Shown here: positions 11,247 through 21,524 of the stretch, in pieces
How the letters are laid out: each line of letters opens with the position of its first letter
Position numbering within the stretch: position 1 is the stretch's first letter
Position numbers and translations under genes: made by a program
Origin: an uncultured Pelagibacteraceae bacterium
GTDB lineage: Bacteria > Pseudomonadota > Alphaproteobacteria > Pelagibacterales > Pelagibacteraceae
DNA length: 64,000 bases
NCBI GenBank assembly: GCA_902571135.1
Contig: CACGAU010000006.1
Location: forward strand, 20,061 to 84,060
Direction of reading: 5' to 3'
Notes under the pieces: model-generated
Seen by the model: the letters and a program-made list of their open reading frames with translations, nothing else
Told to the model about the DNA's origin: nothing
Databases searched by the model: none

Positions 11247-11662
11247 TTATTAATATTTTTCTTCAAATATATATAGAAAGCTCCCTCTCCACCATCTTCT
11301 ATTGATGCTTCTTTGAAATTAATAATTAAATTCATTAAGTCCTCATTTTTTTTTATATAATCTGGAACTGAATATCTTAAAATACTCAAATCTTTTGACA
11401 TAAATGGATTCTTTTCATTATTTGAATGGAGTCCTTTTCCCGTTACTATCCTTATTTTATTTATACCTTTATTAAAATTCTCAATAATAAATTTTTTTAT
11501 TTCTTTATTTGCTTCATCTAAAGTAAAACCGTGCAAATCAATTTCTGAAATTCCAGATACATCATTTTTGATATAGATTTCATCTTTGTTGGGTAATCTT
11601 TCTTTTTTAGATATAAAATTTTGCCAATCTTTTTTATCTTTATCTGAAATTTGATCGCTCAA
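11243..11662 (-). CDS. Smr domain protein
   Basis: IDLHGFTLDEA, IVTGKG.HS, DGGEGA. Confidence 0.92.
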   Translation of the reverse strand: MSDQISDKDKKDWQNFISKKERLPNKDEIYIKNDVSGISEIDLHGFTLDEANKEIKKFIIENFNKGINKIRIVTGKGLHSNNEKNPFMSKDLSILRYSVPDYIKKNEDLMNLIINFKEASIEDGGEGAFYIYLKKNINK

Positions 11663-12259
11663 TTAATTTAAAATATCTACAAGCCGCCAATTAGGATTTG
11701 ATGATGTTGTGTCTCTTGAAAATACCCACGTATCGTAAATTTTTTTAATTTTTTCTGGGTCTCCAGAAATAATTCTTTTCTCTTTATCTCTAATACACGT
11801 AATCACCTCAGCAATAAAATCTACAGTGACATTTAGTATATGTCCTATTTTTTTATGTTCTTTTATACTCGCTGAACTTACACCAATAAAAGTTATTTCT
11901 GCTTCATGACCTCTTTCACTTCTTTCTTTTAACGCTTTATTAAATTGATCATATATTTTATCATTAAGAAGTGCTTTGCTTGTTGTGATTTTGTTATCAT
12001 TGTCACTAAAATCAGTAATTACCGTTTCGTAAGCTATTTTTGCACCTTTTAAAAATTCATTTTGTGCTTTTTGATCAAAATTTTCTAATTTATTATTCTT
12101 TTGACTAGTTTTTACTTTTTTTAAAACTTCTTCAAACTGTGGCGAAGCCTTTCCCTCAAAACCTGTTCTCTTGCCAAGTATCCCTCTCAATCTTAGAAAA
12201 ATAAACCCAGCAATCATTGCTAATAAAATTATATCTATATATTCAAAACTATAACCCAT
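11663..12259 (-). CDS. Tim44/TimA family protein
   Basis: IFLRLRGILGKRTG, FL.GAK.AYE, DTWVFSR...NPNW.L; start placed at MGYSFEY. Confidence 0.9.
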   Translation of the reverse strand: MGYSFEYIDIILLAMIAGFIFLRLRGILGKRTGFEGKASPQFEEVLKKVKTSQKNNKLENFDQKAQNEFLKGAKIAYETVITDFSDNDNKITTSKALLNDKIYDQFNKALKERSERGHEAEITFIGVSSASIKEHKKIGHILNVTVDFIAEVITCIRDKEKRIISGDPEKIKKIYDTWVFSRDTTSSNPNWRLVDILN

Positions 12260-12317
12260 ATTATAATTGTAATTACTATGTTGATTAATTTCAACCAGCA
12301 ATTTAGATTAAGGACAA

Positions 12318-12740
12318 ATGAACTCATTACTATTACTAATAATTTTAGTCCCAATTATAGAAATTTATCTTCTGATTAAGATTGGGTCTTTAATTGGTGC
12401 TGTTATTACAATTTTACTTATTTTTGTTACTGCAATTGTTGGTGTTTACTACGCAAAATATGAGGGTATTAACACTCTAAAATCTGGCTTAGTACAACTA
12501 AGCAAAAATGAAATACCTAAGTACGAAGTTCTTTCTGGAGCAGCCATTAGTCTTGGAGCTGTACTTTTGATAGTACCTGGTTTTGTTACAGATTTTTTAG
12601 GTTTTTTATTGATTTTTCCTATAAGTAGAAAGTTTATTTTTAGTATCTTTTCGACAAGATTTAAATATGAAGAAAAAAAAAATAATTTTATAGATGGAGA
12701 ATTTGAAGATATAGATGACGACAATGACAGAAAAATTTAA
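12318..12740 (+). CDS. fxsA: FxsA family membrane protein
   Basis: PIIEIYLLI, LLIVPGFVTD.LG, IDGEF tail. Confidence 0.92.
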   Translation: MNSLLLLIILVPIIEIYLLIKIGSLIGAVITILLIFVTAIVGVYYAKYEGINTLKSGLVQLSKNEIPKYEVLSGAAISLGAVLLIVPGFVTDFLGFLLIFPISRKFIFSIFSTRFKYEEKKNNFIDGEFEDIDDDNDRKI

Positions 12741-13146
12741 AATACTTGGAAAATACATAAAAGATCTTTCTAGTGAAACTCCAGATGTTGAAACTTACCT
12801 TTTTGTAAAAGATAAAATTTCTGAATATCATCTTGATATTGAGATTAATTCAAAAGCTTTAAAGAATAAAATGATTGAAGTTAATACCACATTTAAATTT
12901 TTAGATAAAAAAAATAATCCAAAAAAATCGCATTTTGAAATTGTGTATGCAACAATCGTTAGAATAAATGACGAAATCAAGGAAAGAAAAGAGATGGAGA
13001 AAATTATCTTGTGCGATGTTCAGATAAAAATTTATCCTGAGTTAGAAAAAACATTTCTTAACCTTCTTCATAATTCAGGGTATCCAAATATTAAACTGGA
13101 TAAAAAGTTAGATTTTGAAAGTTTATATAATAAAAGATTTAACTAA
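12724..13146 (+). CDS. secB: Protein-export chaperone SecB (divergent)
   Basis: KYIKDLSSETP (cf. QYIKDLSFENP), G.P......DF..LY; conserved position after fxsA. Confidence 0.8.
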   Translation: MTEKFKILGKYIKDLSSETPDVETYLFVKDKISEYHLDIEINSKALKNKMIEVNTTFKFLDKKNNPKKSHFEIVYATIVRINDEIKERKEMEKIILCDVQIKIYPELEKTFLNLLHNSGYPNIKLDKKLDFESLYNKRFN

Positions 13147-13804
13147 AATAATTTTTTTTAAAATTTTTCTTTAAATATTCTTTATGTTTTTCTAACTCAA
13201 GATCCGATGGTTTAATTATTTTTTTAAAATATTTTATATTTGAAGTAGAATTATTAAATACATGGTTATCTGTGTTTTTAAAATCTAATAAAGGTTCTTT
13301 TTGATCAATTAAATTTATATAAACTTTGGCCAACAAATCACAATCTATTAGGGCTGTATGAGTAACTCTTCTGGAATTATCTATTCTAAATCTTTTACAA
13401 AGAGCATCTAAACTAACTTGAGATCCTGGAAATTTGTCTCTCGCCAAAATAAGGGTGTCAATAATTTCATTACTAATTTGGTCTTTACCAAGTAATTTAA
13501 GTTCATTATTTAAATGAGACAAATCAAATTCAGCATTATGAATTATAATTCTTTTATCTTTAATAAAATCTAAAAATTCGTCGCTTATTTCATTGAATTT
13601 TTTTTGTTTGGACAAAAATTCATCGCTATATCCATGAACTTTAAAGGCTTGTTCTGAAACTTTTCTTTCAGGATTTAAATAACAATGAAATTTGTTATTT
13701 GTTGGAATTAGGTTATCCAACTCGATGCAACCAACTTCAACAATTCTATGACCCTCTTTAACAGATATCCCTGTAGTTTCTGTATCTAAAACTATTTCTT
13801 TCAT
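13139..13804 (-). CDS. dnaQ: DNA polymerase III epsilon subunit
   Basis: LDTETTG, HNAEFD, H.ALID exonuclease motifs. Confidence 0.96.
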   Translation of the reverse strand: MKEIVLDTETTGISVKEGHRIVEVGCIELDNLIPTNNKFHCYLNPERKVSEQAFKVHGYSDEFLSKQKKFNEISDEFLDFIKDKRIIIHNAEFDLSHLNNELKLLGKDQISNEIIDTLILARDKFPGSQVSLDALCKRFRIDNSRRVTHTALIDCDLLAKVYINLIDQKEPLLDFKNTDNHVFNNSTSNIKYFKKIIKPSDLELEKHKEYLKKNFKKNYFS

Positions 13805-14373
13805 TATTTTATCTTTTGAAGAATATCTTTTATGTTAGTATTAATCGTTTTTTTAGTAAAATCATTTTTGATTACAAAATGAGATTTTTTCATTTTATAT
13901 TGTGAAGAAAATTGAATTTTTTTAAATTTATTAAATAATTCTTTATTAAAATTTTTTCTTTTTATTAATTTTTTTAAAATATCTGATTTTTTAGAGTCCA
14001 CAAATATTAAAATATCTGATTTTTTATTAAGCTTATTCTCTAACAACAGTGGCACATCTAGTACTACAAATTTTTTACTTTTATTTTTTTTAAAGAAAAG
14101 ATTCATTTTTTTTCTAACTTCAGTGTGAACTATTTCTATTATTTTTTTTAAATTACCCTTTTTTTCCAATATAGCTTCGGTAATCTCCTTTTTTTCTATA
14201 GGAAATGATTTTATATTTTTAGGTAATATCTTTTTTAATTTTAAAAATATTTTTTTATTTTTTTTATAAAGTTTTGCCACTTCATAATCGGCATCAAACA
14301 CAGGAAAACCTAAATTATTCGCAACATAACTCTTGCCTGAGCCAATATCGCCTAAAATACCAATTCTAATCAT
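13804..14373 (-). CDS. coaE: Dephospho-CoA kinase
   Basis: GDIGSGKS, FDAD, DVPLLLE. Confidence 0.93.
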   Translation of the reverse strand: MIRIGILGDIGSGKSYVANNLGFPVFDADYEVAKLYKKNKKIFLKLKKILPKNIKSFPIEKKEITEAILEKKGNLKKIIEIVHTEVRKKMNLFFKKNKSKKFVVLDVPLLLENKLNKKSDILIFVDSKKSDILKKLIKRKNFNKELFNKFKKIQFSSQYKMKKSHFVIKNDFTKKTINTNIKDILQKIK

Positions 14374-15163
14374 TTTCTAAAAGTTTAAGTATGTTAATAT
14401 TTATTTTAGGCTCTACTCCATGCCACAATTTAAATGCCTCTGAAGCTTGATAAATGAACATTAATTTTCCATTTTCTGATTGATTACCAAGTTTTTTTCC
14501 TTCTTTTAAAAAACTAGTTTCACTCGGATTATAAATTACATCATAAAATAATTTATTATCTCCAACTTCAGAAAAATTAAAATTTAAAGTTTCATTGTTT
14601 AGACCAAGGCTTGTGGCGTTAATTATCATATCAAACTTTGGTATATTTCCCCAATCTATAACATTTATAAATTTAAATTGAGATTTTAAATCGTCTGCTT
14701 TTTGCTTGGTCCTGTTGGAAATAATTATTTCTGAAACATTCATTTTGTTTAAAGCAAAAATTATAGAAGGAACAACACCTCCAGCACCTAAAATAAAAAT
14801 TTTTTTACCTTCAATATTAAAATTTAAATCTTTAATTGCCTTAGTAAAACCAGATATATCTGTATTGTGCCCTACCAAAATATCATCAGTTAAAATTATA
14901 GTATTTACTGATTGTGTTTGTTCTGCCTCTGGGCTTAATTTATCTAGATAAGGAATTACTGATTTTTTAAATGGGACAGTAACGTTGATACCTTCTGTCT
15001 TTTTTTCTTTGACCTCTAAAATTGTAGTTTGTAAATCTTTCTCATCAATTTTTTTTTTATCATAAATAGCATCAATGTTGTTTTCTTTAAGCCAATAGTT
15101 ATGGAGTTTGGGTGATAAAGAATGATCAATAGGGTTTCCAATTACAAAATATTTTTTCATCAC
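14366..15163 (-). CDS. aroE: Shikimate dehydrogenase
   Basis: HSLSP, NVTVPFK, NTD, GAGG, NATSLG, DVIYNP. Confidence 0.96.
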   Translation of the reverse strand: MMKKYFVIGNPIDHSLSPKLHNYWLKENNIDAIYDKKKIDEKDLQTTILEVKEKKTEGINVTVPFKKSVIPYLDKLSPEAEQTQSVNTIILTDDILVGHNTDISGFTKAIKDLNFNIEGKKIFILGAGGVVPSIIFALNKMNVSEIIISNRTKQKADDLKSQFKFINVIDWGNIPKFDMIINATSLGLNNETLNFNFSEVGDNKLFYDVIYNPSETSFLKEGKKLGNQSENGKLMFIYQASEAFKLWHGVEPKININILKLLEND

Positions 15164-15744
15164 AATGAGCTTATGTATTCCTTAATTTTTTTAACAGGCA
15201 GACCCATAATTGTATCTTCGTCTCCCTCTATGCTTGTAAACAAATTTCTGCCTATACCCTCTATTTGGTAAACATTGTATGCATAAAGCGTTTCGTCAGG
15301 AATTTTTGATAAGTAATTTTTTAACTCATCATCAGATAAATTTTTCATTGAAAGTTTAGCTTTATCGGTGTGATTCCAAATCATTGATCCATTTTTTGAT
15401 ACACAGACAGAACTAATTAAAAAATGTGATTTACCATTGAGTTTCTTTAATATTTTCATCGCCTCTTCTCTGGTTTCTGGCTTCGATATTAATTCACCGT
15501 TTAAGTCTATTACGCTGTCCGCTCCTAAAACGATTTCATCAGTTTTTTTCATACTGACTTTGTTTGCTTTTAACTCTGCTAAATTTTTTGAGATGATTTC
15601 TGGTGTCGCTTTTTCTTTAATTAAACTTTCTTTAACTATATCCTCATCCACATTTGATGGCATAACATCACTTTCGATATTATTTTTATCTAAAATTTCT
15701 TTTCTAACCTTGCTTTTTGAAGCAAGAATAATTTTATTTAGCAT
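15160..15744 (-). CDS. maf: Maf-family nucleotide pyrophosphatase
   Basis: ILASKS..R, LAELKA, GADS, SKP, IMGLP. Confidence 0.93.
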   Translation of the reverse strand: MLNKIILASKSKVRKEILDKNNIESDVMPSNVDEDIVKESLIKEKATPEIISKNLAELKANKVSMKKTDEIVLGADSVIDLNGELISKPETREEAMKILKKLNGKSHFLISSVCVSKNGSMIWNHTDKAKLSMKNLSDDELKNYLSKIPDETLYAYNVYQIEGIGRNLFTSIEGDEDTIMGLPVKKIKEYISSL

Positions 15745-16561
15745 TGTTTAAATATATTTCGTGAATTTTAATTATAGATGCAGCTGTTTCTTCAACAGAT
15801 TTTCTGGTTACATCTATAAGCGGCCATTTATATTTTTGAAATGTTTTTTTTGCCTCTAAAACCTCTTTTTTTATATTTTCTAAGTCTGTGTATTGAGTAT
15901 TTTCTGTTTCTTTTAAAGAAGTCATTCTATTTTTTCTTAAATCAGCCAACCTTTCTGGCTCAGTGCTTAATCCAACAACACAAGCCATTTTTGGATTTTT
16001 TTTAAGTGCCTCAGGTAATGAATTTTCATTTACCAAAGGAATATTAGAAGTTTTAAAACCTTTGTTGGCCAAGTAAATTGATGTGGGTGTTTTGCTTGTT
16101 CTGCTTACTCCTACAAGGATAATGTCTGATTTTTGTACTTCGTTTATTAAATTTCCATCATCGTGGTTCATTGTAAATTGAATTGCTTCGATTCTATCAT
16201 AGTACTCTTCATTCAATATATGTTGGCCGCTTGGTTCATGGGTTGCTTTTTGATTAAGAATTTTTGAAAAATTCAATATTAAGTTGCCAAGAACACCAAA
16301 GCATGGGATTTTTTTATCTTCACTTACATTTGCTAAATATTTAGCCAAGCTGTTATCTACAATAGTATATAAAATTATCGCATTTGGGTTTTTTTCTGCA
16401 TCTTCTAGAATTTTTAAAATTTGGTTTTCTGTTCTTGTAAAAGAGTAAGAATGAACTTTATATTCTATATTTAAAAATTGAGCCTTCAGAGCTAAAAATA
16501 TTCTATCTAAGGTTTCGCCCGTTGAGTCAGAAATTAAATATATTTGATATGTATTACTCAT
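15734..16561 (-). CDS. Pyruvate phosphate/water dikinase regulatory kinase-phosphorylase (DUF299)
   Basis: ISDSTGET, HDDG, GVSRTSKTPTS, DVTRKSVEETAA. Confidence 0.95.
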   Translation of the reverse strand: MSNTYQIYLISDSTGETLDRIFLALKAQFLNIEYKVHSYSFTRTENQILKILEDAEKNPNAIILYTIVDNSLAKYLANVSEDKKIPCFGVLGNLILNFSKILNQKATHEPSGQHILNEEYYDRIEAIQFTMNHDDGNLINEVQKSDIILVGVSRTSKTPTSIYLANKGFKTSNIPLVNENSLPEALKKNPKMACVVGLSTEPERLADLRKNRMTSLKETENTQYTDLENIKKEVLEAKKTFQKYKWPLIDVTRKSVEETAASIIKIHEIYLNNAK

Positions 16562-16828
16562 GAATAAATTGTTAATAAATTTGTAATATTTTAATTAAAT
16601 TACACAATTTAAAATTTTTAAAGTTAACCTTGTAAAAACTGCTATTTATTAACATTAATAATAAATAGGGTAAAACAATCCACAAAAATCAATACGGCCA
16701 AAAAAGCTTCATTTTAAACAATTTTATTCACATAAGATGTTGGTAAATTGTGAATATAATGTTTATAAAAATTAATCACCTTTATTCACAAGATATATTA
16801 CAACTACAATAATTAATAATGCTTATTT
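16562..16828. other. Chromosomal replication origin (oriC)
   Basis: Largest intergenic region, very AT-rich; DnaA boxes TTATTCACA (16724-16732, 16782-16790), TGTGAATAT (16749-16757), CAATCCACA (16676-16684); DUF299-hemE location is the known origin site in Caulobacter and hemE-linked in Rickettsia. Confidence 0.85.
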
Positions 16829-17833
16829 ATGAAACCTTTAAATAAAGTAATAGTTAACAAGGACACCTCGTTTAATCCTATATGGATTATGAGACAAGCA
16901 GGTAGATATTTACCAGAATTTAGAGAAATAAGAAAAGAAAATCCTAATTTTATCAATTTGTGTTTAAATGATGATTTATCTTCAAAAATAACTCTTCAGC
17001 CATTAAAAAGATTTGATTTGGATGCTGCAATAATATTTTCAGACATTTTAATGCTTCCTTATGGATTGGGCCAAAAAGTAGAATTTAAAAAAAACTTTGG
17101 ACCAAAATTAGGAGAACTAAATTTAAATGAAATTGCCAAGATTGATGAAGTTGACTTTGTAGAGAAGATGCATCGTGTGTATAAAGCAATAAAAAAAGTA
17201 AGTTCAGACTCTAGTTTAAAAAATAAAAACACTATTGGATTTGTTGGTGCTCCATGGACATTATTGGTTTATATGATTAATCAACAGTCCCCTAAAAAAA
17301 ACTTAAAAAGAGATTTTTTTAAAGATGAGTTTTTAATAAATAGGATTCTATTAATTATTGAAAAATTTTTAAAGGTCCATATCAAAAATCAAATTGATAA
17401 TGGTGCAAATGTTATTCAAATCTTTGATAGTTGGGCAGGTTTATTAGAGGAAAAAGATTTACCTAATTATGTTTATTCACCAACTTTAAATTTAGTCAAT
17501 TATGTAAAATCTTTAAATATACCAGTGATATGTTTTCCCAGAGAAATAAAAAATTATAAAGAATTCTGTGAAATTGTTAAACCTGATGCTATTAGCATCG
17601 ATTATAATGTTGATCCGATTGAAATAATTAAGGACATAAATATACCAATACAGGGTGGTTTAGACCCAAAAATTTTGTTAACAGATAAAGATATATTAAA
17701 AAAAGAGGCTTCTAAATATTTGGAAATTTTTCGTGACCATCCATATATATTTAATCTCGGTCATGGTATTCTGCCTGAAACAAATCCAGAAACGGTTGAA
17801 AACTTAATTAAAATTGTAAAAGATTTTAAATGA
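16829..17833 (+). CDS. hemE: Uroporphyrinogen decarboxylase
   Basis: PIWIMRQAGRYLPE, IIFSDIL, FNLGHG. Confidence 0.97.
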   Translation: MKPLNKVIVNKDTSFNPIWIMRQAGRYLPEFREIRKENPNFINLCLNDDLSSKITLQPLKRFDLDAAIIFSDILMLPYGLGQKVEFKKNFGPKLGELNLNEIAKIDEVDFVEKMHRVYKAIKKVSSDSSLKNKNTIGFVGAPWTLLVYMINQQSPKKNLKRDFFKDEFLINRILLIIEKFLKVHIKNQIDNGANVIQIFDSWAGLLEEKDLPNYVYSPTLNLVNYVKSLNIPVICFPREIKNYKEFCEIVKPDAISIDYNVDPIEIIKDINIPIQGGLDPKILLTDKDILKKEASKYLEIFRDHPYIFNLGHGILPETNPETVENLIKIVKDFK

Positions 17834-18825
17834 TTGAAAAAAAACACCCACCAATAAAATATGGAAACACAGGTGTACTTATAATCAATCTTGGTACACC
17901 CGATTCTACCAATTGGTTTGACATAAGAAAATATTTAAAAGAGTTTCTTTCTGATAGAAGGGTTATTGAGGTGAATCCGTTAGTTTGGCAAATAATTTTG
18001 AATCTGTTTATTCTAAATTTTAGACCTTCTAAAACGGCCAAAGCTTATAAAGAAATTTGGATGAAGGATGAAAATATATCACCACTTCTTTATTATACAA
18101 AAAAGCAAAGTGAGAAAATTTCAAACTCACTGTCAAAAGAAAACATTATTCTGGATTTTGCGATGAGATATGGAAATCCTAGCATTAAGAGCAAGATTCA
18201 TAAGTTACACAAAATGGGTTGTGAAAATTTAGTTATACTTCCTCTTTATCCGCAATATGCGGCAGCTACAACCGCAACAGTTTGTGATGAAGTATACAGA
18301 ACTTTAATGAAAATGAGGTGGCAACCTTCTTTAAAAATAATTCCTCATTACGAATCTGATACGCTTTACATCGATGCACTTGTCAATTCGATTAATAAAA
18401 AAATAAATGAAATAAGTTGGAAGCCAGATTTAATTGTGGCTTCTTATCATGGAATTCCAAAAAAATATTTTGACAAAGGCGATCCTTATCATTGTTATTG
18501 TCACAAAACGACAAGACTTATTTCAGAAAAATTTAGTTCGATTAAAATTAAGACTACATTTCAGTCAAGATTTGGTCCACAAGAATGGCTTCAACCTTAT
18601 ACCGACAAAACTCTAGAAAATTTGCCCAAAGAGGGTATTAAAAATGTTCTTACAATTTGCCCAGGTTTTGCATCTGATTGTGTAGAAACTTTGGAAGAAA
18701 TTCAAATTCAAGCCAAAGAAAGTTTTTTAAATTCAGGAGGAGAAAATTTTGATATGGTCCCCTGTTTAAATGATAATAGTGATCATATAACCTTACTTAA
18801 ATCCTTAATCGAAAGAAATATTTGA
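17830..18825 (+). CDS. hemH: Ferrochelatase
   Basis: NLGTP, PLYPQY, SYHGIP, FQSRFG..WLQP, DCVETLEE. Confidence 0.97.
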   Translation: MIEKKHPPIKYGNTGVLIINLGTPDSTNWFDIRKYLKEFLSDRRVIEVNPLVWQIILNLFILNFRPSKTAKAYKEIWMKDENISPLLYYTKKQSEKISNSLSKENIILDFAMRYGNPSIKSKIHKLHKMGCENLVILPLYPQYAAATTATVCDEVYRTLMKMRWQPSLKIIPHYESDTLYIDALVNSINKKINEISWKPDLIVASYHGIPKKYFDKGDPYHCYCHKTTRLISEKFSSIKIKTTFQSRFGPQEWLQPYTDKTLENLPKEGIKNVLTICPGFASDCVETLEEIQIQAKESFLNSGGENFDMVPCLNDNSDHITLLKSLIERNI

Positions 18826-18828
18826 TTT

Positions 18829-19263
18829 ATGAATTCGTATTTATTATTTAAGTCTTTACATTTAATTGCCGTTGTTTCTTGGATGGCCGGTCTTTTATAT
18901 CTTCCTAGAATTTTTGTTTACCATGTTGAAAATAAAGAGAAAAAAGAAGCAATCGAGATATTTGAGGTGATGGAAAAAAGATTGTTCTTTTACATTATGC
19001 GACCTGCAATGATTTTTACTTGGGTTTTTGGATTAGTATTAATTTATCTCAATGGTATAGAAATTTTTTCTCAATTATGGTTTCAAATAAAGATTGTCCT
19101 AATTATATTATTATCAGGATACAATGATTATTTAGGAAAATGTCTTGTTGCTCTAAAAAATTCTACAAACACAAGATCTGCAAAATTCTTTAGAATTATT
19201 AATGAAATACCGACGGTTATATTAATTATCGTTGTTTTTTTGGCTATTTTTAAGCCAATCTAG
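18829..19263 (+). CDS. hemJ: Protoporphyrinogen oxidase HemJ
   Basis: KSLH...SWMAGLLYLPRIFVYH, NEIPT, KP terminus. Confidence 0.95.
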   Translation: MNSYLLFKSLHLIAVVSWMAGLLYLPRIFVYHVENKEKKEAIEIFEVMEKRLFFYIMRPAMIFTWVFGLVLIYLNGIEIFSQLWFQIKIVLIILLSGYNDYLGKCLVALKNSTNTRSAKFFRIINEIPTVILIIVVFLAIFKPI

Positions 19264-19265
19264 GG

Positions 19266-19293
19266 TTGAAAAAATAACAGTAGTATATATATT
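19266..19293 (+). promoter_or_regulatory. Putative sigma70 promoter of rho
   Basis: TTGAAA-N16-TATATT upstream of rho. Confidence 0.45.
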
Positions 19294-19329
19294 AAGCACA
19301 TCTGATAAGTCCTTATCAAAACATCAATC

Positions 19330-20598
19330 ATGAATATTCAAGAATTAAAATTAAAATCATCTGAACAGCTTATTACACAAGCAGAAGAGCTAGGTATAGA
19401 AAATGCTAGCACCTTAAGAAAACAGGAAATTCTTTTTGCCATCCTCAAGAAAGTTGCTGAAAAAGAGGAAATTACAGGTGTTGGTGTCCTGCAATTGTTA
19501 CAAGATGGTTTTGGTTTTCTTAGAGCAATGGAGTCAAACTATTTACCAGGGCCGGATGATATTTATGTAAGCCCAAGTCAAATTAGAAAATTTGGTTTAA
19601 GAACCGGAGATACTGTTGAAGGTCCAGTAAGAGCGCCCAAAGAAGGTGAAAGATATTTTGCATTATTACAAGTTAGCAAGATAAATTTTGAAGAACCCGA
19701 AAAAGCAAGACACAAAATAGCATTTGATAATCTAACACCTTTATATCCAGACAAACAGTTGGTGATGGAAGTCGAAACAACAAAAGTTGAAAAAAAACAA
19801 GACTTAACTCCAAGACTTATCGATCTAGTTAGTCCAATCGGTAAAGGACAAAGATCTATAATCATTTCTCCACCCAAAGCTGGGAAAACAATGATTTTGC
19901 AAAGCATCGCAAACTCAATAGCTAAAAATTATCCAGAATGTTACCTTATGGTTTTGCTTATTGATGAGCGTCCAGAAGAAGTAACAGACATGCAAAGAAC
20001 TGTAAAAGGTGAAGTAATTAGTTCTACTTTTGATGAACCAGCTCAAAGACACGTAGCAGTAGCCGAAATGGTTATTGAAAAAGCCAAAAGGCTAACTGAG
20101 CATAAAAAAGATGTTATTATATTATTAGATTCTATAACAAGATTAGGAAGAGCATATAACGCAGTTATACCAAGCTCAGGTAAGGTTTTGACAGGAGGTG
20201 TTGATGCAAATGCACTTCAGAGACCTAAAAGATTTTTTGGTGCCGCAAGAAATATTGAAGAAGGTGGTTCATTGACAATTATTTCTACAGCTTTAATTGA
20301 TACAGGAAGTAGAATGGATGAAGTAATTTTTGAAGAATTTAAAGGAACAGGTAATAGCGAAACAATACTAGATAGAAAAATCGCAGATAAAAGAATATAT
20401 CCAGCAATTGATATAACAAAGTCAGGAACGAGAAGAGAAGAATTATTATTTGATAAAAATGATTTACAAAAAATGAATGTTCTTAGAAGAATAATAGCTC
20501 CAATGGGAACTATGGATGCAATTGAATTTATTAATTCAAAACTTAAGGGCACTAAAAATAATGCTGAGTTTTTTAATTCAATGAATAAGCCATCATAA
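19330..20598 (+). CDS. rho: Transcription termination factor Rho
   Basis: [33 protein letters not shown]. Confidence 0.99.
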   Translation: MNIQELKLKSSEQLITQAEELGIENASTLRKQEILFAILKKVAEKEEITGVGVLQLLQDGFGFLRAMESNYLPGPDDIYVSPSQIRKFGLRTGDTVEGPVRAPKEGERYFALLQVSKINFEEPEKARHKIAFDNLTPLYPDKQLVMEVETTKVEKKQDLTPRLIDLVSPIGKGQRSIIISPPKAGKTMILQSIANSIAKNYPECYLMVLLIDERPEEVTDMQRTVKGEVISSTFDEPAQRHVAVAEMVIEKAKRLTEHKKDVIILLDSITRLGRAYNAVIPSSGKVLTGGVDANALQRPKRFFGAARNIEEGGSLTIISTALIDTGSRMDEVIFEEFKGTGNSETILDRKIADKRIYPAIDITKSGTRREELLFDKNDLQKMNVLRRIIAPMGTMDAIEFINSKLKGTKNNAEFFNSMNKPS

Positions 20599-20607
20599 AA
20601 ATAAAAT

Positions 20608-21480
20608 TTAAAAGTAGCCCAATTGTTTCATTTCCTCCTTAAAAATTAAATTTATTTTATTTAAATTGTCTTTCTTTAAATAATCTTTCCAATTATTTTT
20701 TGGACCTAAATAAAAAAATTGTTTTTTTTCACCAAATTCATTAACTGCATTTTCTTTAAATTTGCCTTTTATCTCTTGTGTTTTAAAATTTTCAAAAGAA
20801 GTACTTGAAATTATTTTATCTATTTCAAATTCAGAGATATTTAATTTAAAAAATTTAGATAAATATTCAATTATCCTTAAAATTTCATTTTTTGTGTTAT
20901 TAAGCAAGTTTTCGTATTTTATAAGTAAATTGTTATTAGGAAATCTTTTCCAAGAATTATAATGATTTTTCCATGATGATAATAATTGAGGAGTTTCATT
21001 ATTTCTAAAACCTATCCAATTAAATTCATTTAATAACATCTCAACTGATTTTTCCTGAGTGTCATGAGAGTAATGGTTTCCAATTGAGGCTACAATATTT
21101 CTTGGGTCACGTACAACATGTATAACTCCCAAAGTGCTTTCTTTGTCTGTAAATGAATAATTTTTATCTTCTAATTTTAAATTACATAACATGTTGTGAG
21201 TTTTTAAAATATTTATTTTATTATTCATATTGATTTTCTGCTGAGATATTTTCCAATTTTTTATTGTATGATCTATTACACTTTTTTTTTGTAGCTCTGT
21301 GTATTTTTCGGGTATTTCTGGTAAATCTAATATGTCCTTCTTATTAGGATATCTTCTAATTCTGTCTGAATCGCTGAATACATCTTCATTATTCTTAAAA
21401 TCGCTATATACTATTTGATTTACTATATTTCTTATCCATGTGTTTCCACTTTTGGGATAAGATGCTATCCAAATAATCAT
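20608..21480 (-). CDS. PAPS-dependent sulfotransferase domain protein (paralog of 10407-11246)
   Basis: [30 protein letters not shown]. Confidence 0.9.
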   Translation of the reverse strand: MIIWIASYPKSGNTWIRNIVNQIVYSDFKNNEDVFSDSDRIRRYPNKKDILDLPEIPEKYTELQKKSVIDHTIKNWKISQQKINMNNKINILKTHNMLCNLKLEDKNYSFTDKESTLGVIHVVRDPRNIVASIGNHYSHDTQEKSVEMLLNEFNWIGFRNNETPQLLSSWKNHYNSWKRFPNNNLLIKYENLLNNTKNEILRIIEYLSKFFKLNISEFEIDKIISSTSFENFKTQEIKGKFKENAVNEFGEKKQFFYLGPKNNWKDYLKKDNLNKINLIFKEEMKQLGYF

Positions 21481-21524
21481 TTAAAATTATATTAAATATA
21501 TTTAATTCCTTCTATAATAGTTTT

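Noticed and set aside
16600-16660. CtrA boxes in oriC
   Set aside because: Several TTAA half-sites, but I found none with the required 7-bp spacing
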